Of a stretch of 64,000 nt of DNA, positions 26,816 through 35,363 are shown in pieces. Positions within the stretch are counted from its first letter, which is position 1. Every line of letters starts with the position of its first letter. The position numbers were made by a program, and so were the translations under genes. Source of the DNA: an uncultured Actinomycetes bacterium (GTDB lineage: Bacteria > Actinomycetota > Thermoleophilia > Solirubrobacterales > 70-9); contig CAWIYC010000003.1 of NCBI GenBank assembly GCA_963840235.1, forward strand, positions 456,927-520,926, in the 5' to 3' direction. The notes under the pieces are model-generated. The model searched no databases and had not been told where the DNA came from. It saw nothing but the letters and a program-made list of their open reading frames with translations.

Positions 26816-26968
26816 CTGCCGAGTCGCTCCGCGAGCGCGGGGCGAGCGGGGGACCCAATTGCCGCGTCGATTCGCGTCGCGCGGCTGGGGCGAATGGGGC
26901 GGTGATCCGTCCTTAGTGCGTTACCGGCAGCGTGCCGGCACCCACGAGCCCGTCAGCTAACTCCGCAG
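26816..26968 (+). promoter_or_regulatory. ydaO/kimA-class (c-di-AMP) riboswitch
   Basis: Conserved blocks are present in the correct order: GAGCGGGGGACCCA (26844-26857), GGGGCGAAU (26887-26895) and CCCGUCAGCUAAC (26949-26961). A closing P1 helix pairs CUGCCGAG (26816-26823) with CUCCGCAG (26961-26968). The element ends 28 nt before the ATG of the RlpA-like gene. Confidence 0.88.
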
Positions 26969-26996
26969 GCAGCCTGAGAAAGCGAGTGATCTAGTT

Positions 26997-27911
26997 ATGC
27001 GACGCAACCGTCGCTGGCACAGACGTGCCGCGGCCGGCGCGATTCTGCTGGCCGCCGCCACCGCCACAACGTCAATGGGAATCGCAACCGCGGCCTCCGA
27101 CTCGTCACAGACGGCGCGCCTGTCCGCCACCGGGCGCACGCTCGGCTACGGCGAGCGCTTCGCCCTCGGGGGCAGGACGCCCACCGATCGCGGCGTCAGC
27201 GTCGGCATCAAGTTCCGCAGGGCCGGCAGCAGTGGTTGGCGACTCCTCCGCACCGTCCACACGGACCGCGCGGGCAACTACCGGACCAACACCACGGCCC
27301 GTATCAACGGCGCCTTCCGAGCCGTGCCTGGGATCGGCCGCGCTTCGCTGCCGGACCCGATCAATGTCCGCTCGCGGGCCTCGTTCCATGTCGCCAAGCA
27401 CGATGTAATCGCCGGCAACGGCGTCCGCCTCGACGGGCGTGTCCTCCCGGGCGGACGTCGCAAGGTCAAGGTCGTGATCCACGGCCCGCACGGCGACGTC
27501 GTCCGTGACGCGACCAGCCATCACGGCGCCTACCGCCTGCGCTGGAAGCCGGGCCACACCGGCACCTACCGGCTGCGGGCCTACGCCGGCCGCAACCGAC
27601 TTGCCAAGGGCAGCCACAGCGTCTCGCGCCGGATCACCGTCTACCGCCGCGCGGTCGCGTCCTACTACGGGCCCGGCCTCTACGGCGGAGCGCTGGCCTG
27701 CGGCGGGTCGCTACAGCCGGGCACGATGGGCGTCGCCCACAAGACCCTGCCCTGCGGCAGCAAGGTGACCCTCCGCTACCACGGCCGCAGCGTCACCGTG
27801 CGGGTGATCGATCGCGGACCCTACGTCGCCGGCCGCGACTACGACCTCACGGCTGCGACCAAGCAGCGTCTCGGGTTCCCCGACCTCGGCGTCCTGCTCG
27901 CGAGCAGGTAG
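26997..27911 (+). CDS. Secreted RlpA-like double-psi beta-barrel (DPBB) lytic transglycosylase-family protein
   Basis: It has a signal peptide. The C-terminus ASYYGPGLYGGALACGGSLQPGTMGVAHKTLPCGSKVTLRYHGRSVTVRVIDRGPYVAGRDYDLT is a typical RlpA/DPBB domain. Confidence 0.85.
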   Translation: MRRNRRWHRRAAAGAILLAAATATTSMGIATAASDSSQTARLSATGRTLGYGERFALGGRTPTDRGVSVGIKFRRAGSSGWRLLRTVHTDRAGNYRTNTTARINGAFRAVPGIGRASLPDPINVRSRASFHVAKHDVIAGNGVRLDGRVLPGGRRKVKVVIHGPHGDVVRDATSHHGAYRLRWKPGHTGTYRLRAYAGRNRLAKGSHSVSRRITVYRRAVASYYGPGLYGGALACGGSLQPGTMGVAHKTLPCGSKVTLRYHGRSVTVRVIDRGPYVAGRDYDLTAATKQRLGFPDLGVLLASR

Positions 27912-27914
27912 CGC

Positions 27915-28979
27915 TCAGACCCCCAGTCGCAGTTGGTCGTCCGGCTCGGCGTCCCGGGTGCCGTCCTCGAAGGCGGCGACCCGGACGCCGAGCAGGCGCA
28001 CCGGCCGCGGCGGGGAGTACTCGCGCAGCAGCTCGAGCGCGACCCGGCCGACGAGGGCCGGGTCGTTGGTCGGCTTCTCCAGGGTCCGCGCCCGGCTGAC
28101 GTTGGTCCAGTCGTCGAGCCGCACCTTGATCCCGACGCTTCGCCCGGCCAGGTCCCGGCGCCGCAGCCGCCGGCAGAGCTCCTCGGAGAGCTCAGCCAGG
28201 GACGCTTCCATCGCGGTGCGGTCGGAGACGTCGGTGTCGAAGGTGGTCTCGGTCGACTGCGACTTGGTCTCGCGCGCGACCTCGACCGGGCCCGTGTCCT
28301 CGAAGCGGGCCCGGCGGTGAAGCCAGGGGCCCGAGCGCTCGCCGAAGACGGCGGTCAGGTCTGCCTCGTCACGGTCGCGGAGTTGGGCCAGTGTCCGGAT
28401 TCCCAGTCCCTCGAGCCGGGCGGCGGTCTTCGGCCCGATCCCAGGGATCAGGCCGGGCGACTCGGAGGCGAACCGCTCCAGCGCTTCCTCGCGGCCGAGA
28501 CGAACGAGGCCGGCGGGCTTGGCCAGCTCGCTGGCGATCTTGCCCAGCAGCTTGTTCTCTGCGATCCCGATCGAGCAGCTGAGCCCGGTGCGCTCCCGGA
28601 TCTCGGTCGCGATCCGCCGCATCGTCGCCTTCGGGTAGGAGAGCCCGCTGAGGTCGAGGTAGGCCTCGTCGAGCCCTACCACTTCGACCGTCTCGGCGTT
28701 CTCGAGCAGGATCGCCATCACCCGCCGAGATACGGCCCGGTAGGCGTCGAAGTCGGGGGGAAGAAAGACCGCGTCCGGCAGGCGCCGGCGGGCGACAGCG
28801 GCCGGCATCGCCGAGTGGATCCCGGCGATCCTGCGGGCCTCGTAGCTGGCGGTGGTGACCACGGCGCGCGGCCCCGAGCCGCAGACGACGACCGGCTTGC
28901 CGCGCAGATCCGGCCGGCGCTGAAGTTCGACCGAGGCGTAGAAGGCGTCCATGTCGAGGTGGGCAATCGTCCTGGTCAC
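27915..28979 (-). CDS. dinB: DNA polymerase IV
   Basis: IAHLDMDAFYASVE, SYEARRIAGIHSAMP, GLDEAYLD and SIGIAENKLLGKIAS are Y-family polymerase motifs. The GTG start is at 28979. Confidence 0.92.
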   Translation of the reverse strand: MTRTIAHLDMDAFYASVELQRRPDLRGKPVVVCGSGPRAVVTTASYEARRIAGIHSAMPAAVARRRLPDAVFLPPDFDAYRAVSRRVMAILLENAETVEVVGLDEAYLDLSGLSYPKATMRRIATEIRERTGLSCSIGIAENKLLGKIASELAKPAGLVRLGREEALERFASESPGLIPGIGPKTAARLEGLGIRTLAQLRDRDEADLTAVFGERSGPWLHRRARFEDTGPVEVARETKSQSTETTFDTDVSDRTAMEASLAELSEELCRRLRRRDLAGRSVGIKVRLDDWTNVSRARTLEKPTNDPALVGRVALELLREYSPPRPVRLLGVRVAAFEDGTRDAEPDDQLRLGV

Positions 28980-29022
28980 AGATCGATCGTAGGGTTGAGG
29001 AGGGACGTAGACTGAAGCCGTG

Positions 29023-29313
29023 ATGAGCGCCGAGGCAAAGAACCTCGAGGCGATCTCGAAGGCGATCGACCAGCACAACGCCAACTGCCCGTTCCCGGCG
29101 GCCGAGGTGCGGATGAACCCGTTCGAGCTGGAGCGGCTCGGCTGGGATCAGATCAGGGGCCTGCCGCTCGTCCCGGACCCCGAGATAGGCACCGGGCGCT
29201 TCCGCATCGTCTGCTCGCGAGAGATGGGCGGCGAGGGCGTCGAGGAGACCGAGGCGGTGGGGGAGGAGCTGGAGACGGTGACCCCGGCGCCGATCACGCC
29301 GGGATCGAACTGA
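29023..29313 (+). CDS. Hypothetical small protein
   Basis: 96-aa ORF with coding-like GC3, divergent from dinB. No recognisable motif. Confidence 0.5.
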   Translation: MSAEAKNLEAISKAIDQHNANCPFPAAEVRMNPFELERLGWDQIRGLPLVPDPEIGTGRFRIVCSREMGGEGVEETEAVGEELETVTPAPITPGSN

Positions 29314-29344
29314 GCCGCCGCCGAACTCGGCGCTGCTGGCGGGC

Positions 29345-30115
29345 CTAGACCTGGTTCCAGAAGTCGAGGCCGAGCCCGCTGAGCCAGCTCTGGGCCTCGA
29401 TGTTGAGGCGGAAGAACTCACCGGTGAGGATCAGGACCCCGGTGGCTACGAGGATGACGCCGCCGATGCCGATGATCAGGCCGTAGTGGCGCTTGACCGC
29501 GCCGAAGGCCGTCGTCATCCGCGAGAAGGCGAGCGCGGTGAGGATGAAGGGGATCGCCAGCCCGGCCGAGTAGACGGCGAGCAGCAGGGCGCCGCGGGCG
29601 GCGGAATCCGAGAGCGCCGCCGCCGACAGAATTGCCCCCAGGGTCGGGCCGATACAGGGCGACCAGGCGATCGCGAAGGCTGCCCCGGCGACGATCGGCC
29701 CGCCCTTGCCGGCCCTCGCCATCAGGGCGTCGAGATGCCACTCGCGGTTCAGCGCCGGCACGAAGGCGGCGGCGACGAAGAACACGCCCATGGCGATGAT
29801 CAGGATGCCGCTGATCTTCTCCAGCAGCAGGCGGTTGTCCTGGAGGGTCGAGCCGAGCGCGGTCGCGGTCAGCCCGAGGGCGATGAAGATCGCCGAGAAG
29901 CTGGCGACGAACAGCAGGCTGGGGGCGAGGACCCGGCGCCAATCGGCCTGGTCGAGCTCGGCGGCCGATACCCCGGTGACCGCGGAGAGATACCCGGGCA
30001 CGAGCGGAAGCACGCAGGGAGAGAGGAAGGAGACCAACCCCGCGCCGAGGGCGGCGAGGATCCCGACTCCGGCCGCCGGATCGGTGCTGACTGCGGCAGT
30101 GATCACACAGCCCAA
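29345..30115 (-). CDS. ccdA: Cytochrome c biogenesis / thiol-disulfide transporter CcdA (DsbD family)
   Basis: It has the FLSPCVLPLVPGYL motif and a second SPCIGP motif, with six predicted TM segments. Confidence 0.9.
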   Translation of the reverse strand: MGCVITAAVSTDPAAGVGILAALGAGLVSFLSPCVLPLVPGYLSAVTGVSAAELDQADWRRVLAPSLLFVASFSAIFIALGLTATALGSTLQDNRLLLEKISGILIIAMGVFFVAAAFVPALNREWHLDALMARAGKGGPIVAGAAFAIAWSPCIGPTLGAILSAAALSDSAARGALLLAVYSAGLAIPFILTALAFSRMTTAFGAVKRHYGLIIGIGGVILVATGVLILTGEFFRLNIEAQSWLSGLGLDFWNQV

Positions 30116-30465
30116 GGGTAGCGGCGCCCCTCGCCCGTTCCACGACCGTGACGCGGGCAGTTACCCGCCGGAGCAGAGCGCCCGGTCCTCGACGCTCAGC
30201 ACCGGCATCGCCGGGCTCGGGCGCGAGGGCATCGAGCCCTTGCGAAGCAGCGAGAGGCCGAGCAGGGGGAAGATAACCACCGAGAGCAGGCCGGCCGCGA
30301 TCAGCGCCGCCGAGGAGGCAACCGTACTTGCGGCCGCCCAGGATGTTGCGGGGCGACGATCAGAAGGTTGGTGAAATGGACCTCCTCCATCCGAAGGGGC
30401 AGTCATCGGGCCACGCCGGCCGTTACAGCGGGGCCCGGCCCGGCCCTTGCGGGAGGGGGCCGAGG

Positions 30466-30476
30466 ACGTGTAACGC
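30466..30476 (+). promoter_or_regulatory. Shared 11-mer ACGTGTAACGC, copy 1, 26 nt before the ATG at 30503
   Basis: Identical to 32204-32214. Its TGTAACG part pairs with CGTTACA at 30421-30427. Confidence 0.35.
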
Positions 30477-30502
30477 TGCGCGGAAACGCCAGACTGCGGC
30501 GC

Positions 30503-31159
30503 ATGGAACTAAACGCACTCATTCTCAACTGCACGCTGAAGAAGTCGCCCGAGGTGTCGAACACGGAGGCGCTGATCGACATCGTCAGGGGGCATCTCGA
30601 CTCGCTCGATTGCTCCTCGGAGGTGATCCGGCCGGTCGACTACAAGATCCCCTTCGGGGTCGTCTCCGACATGGGCGAGGGGGACGAGTGGCCGCAGATC
30701 CTCGAAAAGATGTTGGCGGCCGACATCGTGATCATGGGGATGTCGATCTGGTTCGGCGTCCGCAACAGCGTCATCCAGATGGTGATCGAGCGCCTCGACG
30801 GCACATATGACTCGACCAACGACGTCGGGCAGTACCCGATGTACAACAAGGTCGGCGGGGTGGTGGTGACCGGCAACGAGGACGGCGCCCACGCCTGCGC
30901 CGAGACCACGCTCTTCAACATGACGCACCTCGGCTTCGCGATCCCGCCGAACGCCGACACCTACTGGGTCGGGGACGCCGGCCCGGGCCCCTCGTTCATC
31001 GAGGCCGGCGGCGCCGAGAGCGCCTACACCAACAAGACGGCGAGCTGGATGGCTCACAACGTCGTCCACCTGGCGCGGATCCTGAAGCGGAACCCGATCC
31101 CGCCCGAGGGCAACACGGTCCCCGGGTTCCAGCCCAAGCGCACCGACCTCAACCTCTGA
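30503..31159 (+). CDS. NAD(P)H-dependent FMN reductase / flavodoxin-like oxidoreductase
   Basis: LNALILNCTLKKSP, ADIVIMGMSIW and VVVTGNEDGAH show a flavodoxin-like fold pattern. The ATG is at 30503. Confidence 0.8.
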   Translation: MELNALILNCTLKKSPEVSNTEALIDIVRGHLDSLDCSSEVIRPVDYKIPFGVVSDMGEGDEWPQILEKMLAADIVIMGMSIWFGVRNSVIQMVIERLDGTYDSTNDVGQYPMYNKVGGVVVTGNEDGAHACAETTLFNMTHLGFAIPPNADTYWVGDAGPGPSFIEAGGAESAYTNKTASWMAHNVVHLARILKRNPIPPEGNTVPGFQPKRTDLNL

Positions 31160-31168
31160 GCAAGCGGC

Positions 31169-31423
31169 TCAGGCGCCGCGGTTCCAGTCGCGAAAGACGG
31201 CGAGCAGCTCCTCCCGGGCCTCCGGGTCGAGCTGCTCGTCGCTGATCGCGCCGGCGGCGGCAATCGTCATCCGGATCTGCTCGACGTAGGCGACGCAGGC
31301 GTCGCAGATCTCGAGGTGCTCCTCGAAGCGGGCGCGGTCGGCCGGCGCCAGTGCGCCCTCGACATAGTCGGTGACCAGCTCGACCAGCTCGCGGCAGGTG
31401 ATGTCGTTCAACTCCACGTTCAT
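31169..31423 (-). CDS. Cytoplasmic zinc-binding anti-sigma factor (ZAS, RsrA-like)
   Basis: 84 aa with no TM segment. The C-x25-H-x3-C-x2-C pattern (ITC...EEHLEICDAC) is present. The ATGA start overlaps the sigma gene stop. Confidence 0.8.
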   Translation of the reverse strand: MNVELNDITCRELVELVTDYVEGALAPADRARFEEHLEICDACVAYVEQIRMTIAAAGAISDEQLDPEAREELLAVFRDWNRGA

Positions 31424-32106
31424 GTCATCTCCGGCTCGGGACTGAGATAGCCCTCCAGCGCAGCCCTCACCCGGGAGCGGGCGCGGTGGAGCAGGACCCG
31501 CTGGTTGACGTCTGAGATCTCCAGCGCGTCGGCGACTTCCTCGGCGCTCCAGCCCTCGACGTCGCGCAGGCGGATCACCTCGCGCTGGGTGTCGGGGAGC
31601 CCCTCGATCGCATCCTTGACGACGCCCAGCGTCTCCCGCTCCAGGACCTTCTCCTGGGTCCAGCCGCGGGGCGGGGCCGACCAGTGATACGGCCACTGGT
31701 GGGCGTCGGCGCCCTGGAAGCGGTCGGCGTCCACCGTCGCCTCGCCCTCGGCCGAGGCGTCGGTGGCGGCGATCGCCGAGAAGGGGACGCTGCGGCCCTC
31801 ACGCTCACCGCGGGTCTTGGCGCGGTTGCTGAGGATGCGGAAGAGCCAGGTCTTGAGGCTGGAGCGCCCTTCGAAGCGCTCGATGCCGTTCAGCACCGCC
31901 AGCCAGGTCTCCTGCACGACCTCCTCGGCGACGGCGCGATCGCGGACGTGGAGCCGGGCCACCCGCAGCATCGATGACCCGTAGCGGTCGATCAGCTCGG
32001 CGAAGGCGGCCTCGTCGCCGGCCCGCAGGCGCTCGACCAGCTCCGCGTCGCCGGACCCTGCACCCTCCTTCGCCTCGCCGCCGAACCGGTCCCGGAGCCA
32101 CGCCAT
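31420..32106 (-). CDS. ECF-type RNA polymerase sigma factor
   Basis: Region 2 is VVQETWLAVLNGIERFEGRSSLKTWLFRILSNRA. Region 4 is LPDTQREVIRLRDVEGWSAEEVADALEISDVNQRVLLHRARSRVR. A long linker joins them. Confidence 0.9.
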   Translation of the reverse strand: MAWLRDRFGGEAKEGAGSGDAELVERLRAGDEAAFAELIDRYGSSMLRVARLHVRDRAVAEEVVQETWLAVLNGIERFEGRSSLKTWLFRILSNRAKTRGEREGRSVPFSAIAATDASAEGEATVDADRFQGADAHQWPYHWSAPPRGWTQEKVLERETLGVVKDAIEGLPDTQREVIRLRDVEGWSAEEVADALEISDVNQRVLLHRARSRVRAALEGYLSPEPEMT

Positions 32107-32203
32107 CGGGCCATTTTCGCGCTTTTCGTGCAGCGGTACCGGAAAGGGCCGGTCAAGGACGAGACTCCCCATGCGAAACGGTCTCCGCGGCGGCCCCCCC
32201 GTT

Positions 32204-32214
32204 ACGTGTAACGC
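32204..32214 (+). promoter_or_regulatory. Shared 11-mer ACGTGTAACGC, copy 2, inside the palindrome CGTTAC-GT-GTAACG, 27 nt before the ATG at 32242
   Basis: Read directly. It sits in the divergent region between the ECF sigma gene and the gene at 32242. Confidence 0.35.
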
Positions 32215-32241
32215 AACGGCAGCTGGGCGGACGGAAGCCCC

Positions 32242-32973
32242 ATGGGCCTGATCGAGCTGCCGCCGCTTCCTCAGGACTTCAGTGCGACGCGGCGCTCGCT
32301 TCACCGCCTGGCCGAGGACGTGATCAAGGTGGCCCGCGAGCACGTCACCGGGAAGTTCCCGCTGGCACAGACCCCCGGGGGATTCGGCACGCCGGAGTGG
32401 GGAGGCGGCAACCAGATCAGGGTCGAAGGGACCGAGCTGGTCGTCGTCCGCAAGGGGGCCGAGAGCCGCGCCCCGATCACCACCCTGACCGCTGCGGCTG
32501 AGCTGATAGGACCCGACTGGCTGCCCGACGGTCTCGAGCCCGGCGACGAGCCGCTGCCCCTCGACCCGGTCGCGGCCGAGGCGCTGGCGTCCGCCTACGC
32601 GGTCGGACAGGCCGCCCTGGAGCAGATCCGGGACGCGGCCGGGCCGGGCGACGCGCCGAGCGAGCCCACGCTCTGGCCCGAGCACTTCGACTTGGCGATC
32701 GAGATGGGCGACGAGGAACCCGGCCTGCGGGCCAACTACGGGCTCTCCCCCGGCGATGAGAACCATCCCGAGCCCTACTTCTACGTCGGCCCCTGGAGCG
32801 AAGCCGGCCCCTGGGAGGCAGAGGCCGCGGGGAAGCTGTGGAACGCGTCGGGCTTCAACGGCGCCGAGCTCGACTATGGCGAGATGGCCGCAGCGCCCGG
32901 CCCGGTCGCTGCCGCGGTCGGATTCGCCCTCGAGCGAAAGCGCGCCCTGGATCAAACCAAGGAGGATCGATGA
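32242..32973 (+). CDS. Hypothetical protein
   Basis: 243-aa ORF with strong coding bias and no recognised motif. It is divergent from the ECF sigma operon. Confidence 0.7.
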   Translation: MGLIELPPLPQDFSATRRSLHRLAEDVIKVAREHVTGKFPLAQTPGGFGTPEWGGGNQIRVEGTELVVVRKGAESRAPITTLTAAAELIGPDWLPDGLEPGDEPLPLDPVAAEALASAYAVGQAALEQIRDAAGPGDAPSEPTLWPEHFDLAIEMGDEEPGLRANYGLSPGDENHPEPYFYVGPWSEAGPWEAEAAGKLWNASGFNGAELDYGEMAAAPGPVAAAVGFALERKRALDQTKEDR

Positions 32974-33160
32974 GCGGGAACGGAAGCGGAAGCGGCGCCT
33001 CTGGCGCGAGCCTCGACCACCGCGGCCCGGCGATGGTCGAGGTGATCGCCGACCCCGACCTGGTCTGATCGCGGCCATCGCTGGGCGCCGCTGAGCCGCT
33101 CGCGCTAGATTCCTGGCCAGTCGGCCAAGATCGAAGAGCGTTCCAAGCGAGGAGCTGAGC

Positions 33161-34354
33161 TTGAGTAACCGCACCTATGTGATCGGCGTGGGGATGACGA
33201 AGTTCGAGAAGCCCGGGGCACGGGACTGGGACTACCCCGAGATGGCGCTGGAGGCCGGGACAAGGGCGCTCAAGGACGCCCGTGTCCCCTACGAGACGGT
33301 CGAGCAGGCCTTCGTCGGCTACTGCTACGGCGAGTCCACCTCGGGCGAGCGCGCCGTCTACGGACTCGGCCTGACCGGGATCCCGATCGTCAACGTCAAC
33401 AACAATTGCTCGACCGGCTCCAGCGCCCTCTACATGGCACGGCAGTCCGTAAAGGGTGGACTCGCAGACTGCGCTCTCGCCCTCGGCTTCGAAAAGATGG
33501 AAAAGGGCTCGCTCGGAGTCAAGTGGACCGACCGCACCAACCCGATCGACAAACATGCCGAGGCGATGTTCGCGATCCGCGAGCCGGAGGCCTCACCGCC
33601 GGCACCGCAGATGTTCGGCAACGCCGGCCGAGAGCACATGGAGCGCTACGGCTCCGAGCCCGACCACTACGCCTGGATCGGCTGGAAGAACCACAAGCAT
33701 TCGGTCAACAACCCCTACGCCCAATTTCAGGACGAGTACTCGCTGGAGGAGATCAAGGCGGCGAAGATGATCCACGAGCCGCTGACCAAGCTGCAGTGCT
33801 CGCCGACCTCGGACGGCTCGGGCGCCGCCGTGGTGGCGTCGGAGCGTTTCGTCGACGAGCACGACCTCGGGGACCGGGCGATCGAGATCGTCGGTCAGGC
33901 GATGGTCACAGACCTGCCCTCGACCTTCGAGGATCAGAGCTCGATCAAGATCGTCGGAGCCGACATGTCGAAGGGCGCCGCCGAGAAGGCCTACGAGGAG
34001 GCGGGGGTCGGGCCCGACGAGATCGACGTGGTCGAGCTGCACGACTGCTTCAGCGCCAACGAGCTGATCACCTACGAGGCACTGGGGCTCGCCGGCGAGG
34101 GCGAGGGCCACAAGCTGGTCGAGGCCGAGGCGACGACCTACGGTGGCGAGGGCCCGGTCGTCAACCCGTCCGGCGGCCTGATCTCGAAAGGGCACCCGCT
34201 GGGCGCAACCGGCCTGGCGCAGTGCTCGGAACTGAACTGGCAGCTTCGCGGCGAGGCGGAAAGGCGCCAGGTGGACGGCGCCAAGGTTGCGCTGCAGCAC
34301 AACATCGGCCTCGGCGGTGCTGCCGTGGTCACGATCTACCGGCCCGCGGGCTGA
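33161..34354 (+). CDS. Thiolase-fold lipid-transfer protein (SCP-x-type thiolase)
   Basis: [22 protein letters not shown] (catalytic Cys), [17 protein letters not shown] and [17 protein letters not shown] precedes the TTG start. Confidence 0.88.
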   Translation: MSNRTYVIGVGMTKFEKPGARDWDYPEMALEAGTRALKDARVPYETVEQAFVGYCYGESTSGERAVYGLGLTGIPIVNVNNNCSTGSSALYMARQSVKGGLADCALALGFEKMEKGSLGVKWTDRTNPIDKHAEAMFAIREPEASPPAPQMFGNAGREHMERYGSEPDHYAWIGWKNHKHSVNNPYAQFQDEYSLEEIKAAKMIHEPLTKLQCSPTSDGSGAAVVASERFVDEHDLGDRAIEIVGQAMVTDLPSTFEDQSSIKIVGADMSKGAAEKAYEEAGVGPDEIDVVELHDCFSANELITYEALGLAGEGEGHKLVEAEATTYGGEGPVVNPSGGLISKGHPLGATGLAQCSELNWQLRGEAERRQVDGAKVALQHNIGLGGAAVVTIYRPAG

Positions 34355-34369
34355 GAGGAGTCAGGAGCA

Positions 34370-35281
34370 ATGACAAAGGAACGACGTTCACTGCACGGCA
34401 AGGTCGTCGCCATCACCGGCGGCGCCAGAGGGATTGGCAAGGCGACGGCGACGACCCTGGTCCGCAAGGGCTGCCGGGTCGCGCTCGGCGACATCGACCT
34501 GGCGCTGGCAGAGGAGACTGCGGAGGCCCTGGGAGGCGGCACCGTCGCGGTCAAGCTCGACGTCACCGACCGCGAATCCTTCTCTGCCTTCCTCGACGAG
34601 GCCGAGCGCCAGCTGGGGCCGGTCGACGTCCTCATCAACAACGCCGGGATCATGCCGCTCGGCCGCTTCGCCGACGAGGACGACGCGACTGCGCAGCGGA
34701 TGGTCGACATCAACATCCACGGGGTCATCCTGGGGACGAAGCTGGCGCTGGCGCGGATGGAGCCGCGCAACAGCGGCAATATCGTCAACATCGCCTCGCA
34801 GGCGGGTAAGGCGGGCTTCCCCGGGGGCGCCACCTACTGCGCCACCAAGCACGCCGTGGTCGGCCTCTGCGAGGCGGTGCGGGCCGAGCTCGACGGAACC
34901 GATATCGAGGTCCACTGCGTGATGCCGGCCGTCGTCAACACCGAGCTCGGCTCGGGTCTCCAGGAGGCCCGCGGCGTGAAGACGCTGGAGCCGGAGGAGG
35001 TCGCCGACGCGATCGCCGACGCCCTGGAGACGGGCCGCTTCGAGGTCTGGGTGCCGAGCTCGACCAAGGCGATCAGCACGATCATGGCCCTGGTCCCCCG
35101 AAGGGGCCGCGAGGCGATCGCGAAGGGACTAAAGGCCGACAAGATCCTGGCCGAGCCGGACCACGCGGTGCGGGCTGCTTACGAGGAGCGGGCAGCCAAG
35201 AATCCCCCCAGCCACGAGGGGGCAGCCGCCGCACAGACCGGCGAGGAGACCGAGGCCGAGAAGGTCAGCGCCAAGGAGTAG
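34370..35281 (+). CDS. Short-chain dehydrogenase/reductase (SDR)
   Basis: ITGGARGIGKA cofactor motif, NNAGI, and a YCATKHAV catalytic tetrad segment. Confidence 0.9.
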   Translation: MTKERRSLHGKVVAITGGARGIGKATATTLVRKGCRVALGDIDLALAEETAEALGGGTVAVKLDVTDRESFSAFLDEAERQLGPVDVLINNAGIMPLGRFADEDDATAQRMVDINIHGVILGTKLALARMEPRNSGNIVNIASQAGKAGFPGGATYCATKHAVVGLCEAVRAELDGTDIEVHCVMPAVVNTELGSGLQEARGVKTLEPEEVADAIADALETGRFEVWVPSSTKAISTIMALVPRRGREAIAKGLKADKILAEPDHAVRAAYEERAAKNPPSHEGAAAAQTGEETEAEKVSAKE

Positions 35282-35363
35282 GTGGCGGGCTCCGCCTTGC
35301 GGGGCGCCCTCGCCGGGCGCCCCTGTAGCCTGCGGCGACCGCGGAGAACCGCCGGCCAGGGAA

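Noticed and set aside
30161-30406. An 81-aa minus-strand ORF between ccdA and the FMN-reductase gene, with a hydrophobic segment and a C-terminal Cys.
   Set aside because: The first third has atypically low GC3 and there is no usable start codon before the coding-like part. A small membrane protein is possible here but is not supportable from sequence alone.
32107-32241. A canonical ECF or SigR-type autoregulatory promoter (GGAAC/GGAAT-N16-18-CGT/GTT) upstream of the sigma gene.
   Set aside because: The only candidates (GGAGAC ... CGTCC) have spacers of 19-21 nt and do not fit. The promoter is left unassigned.
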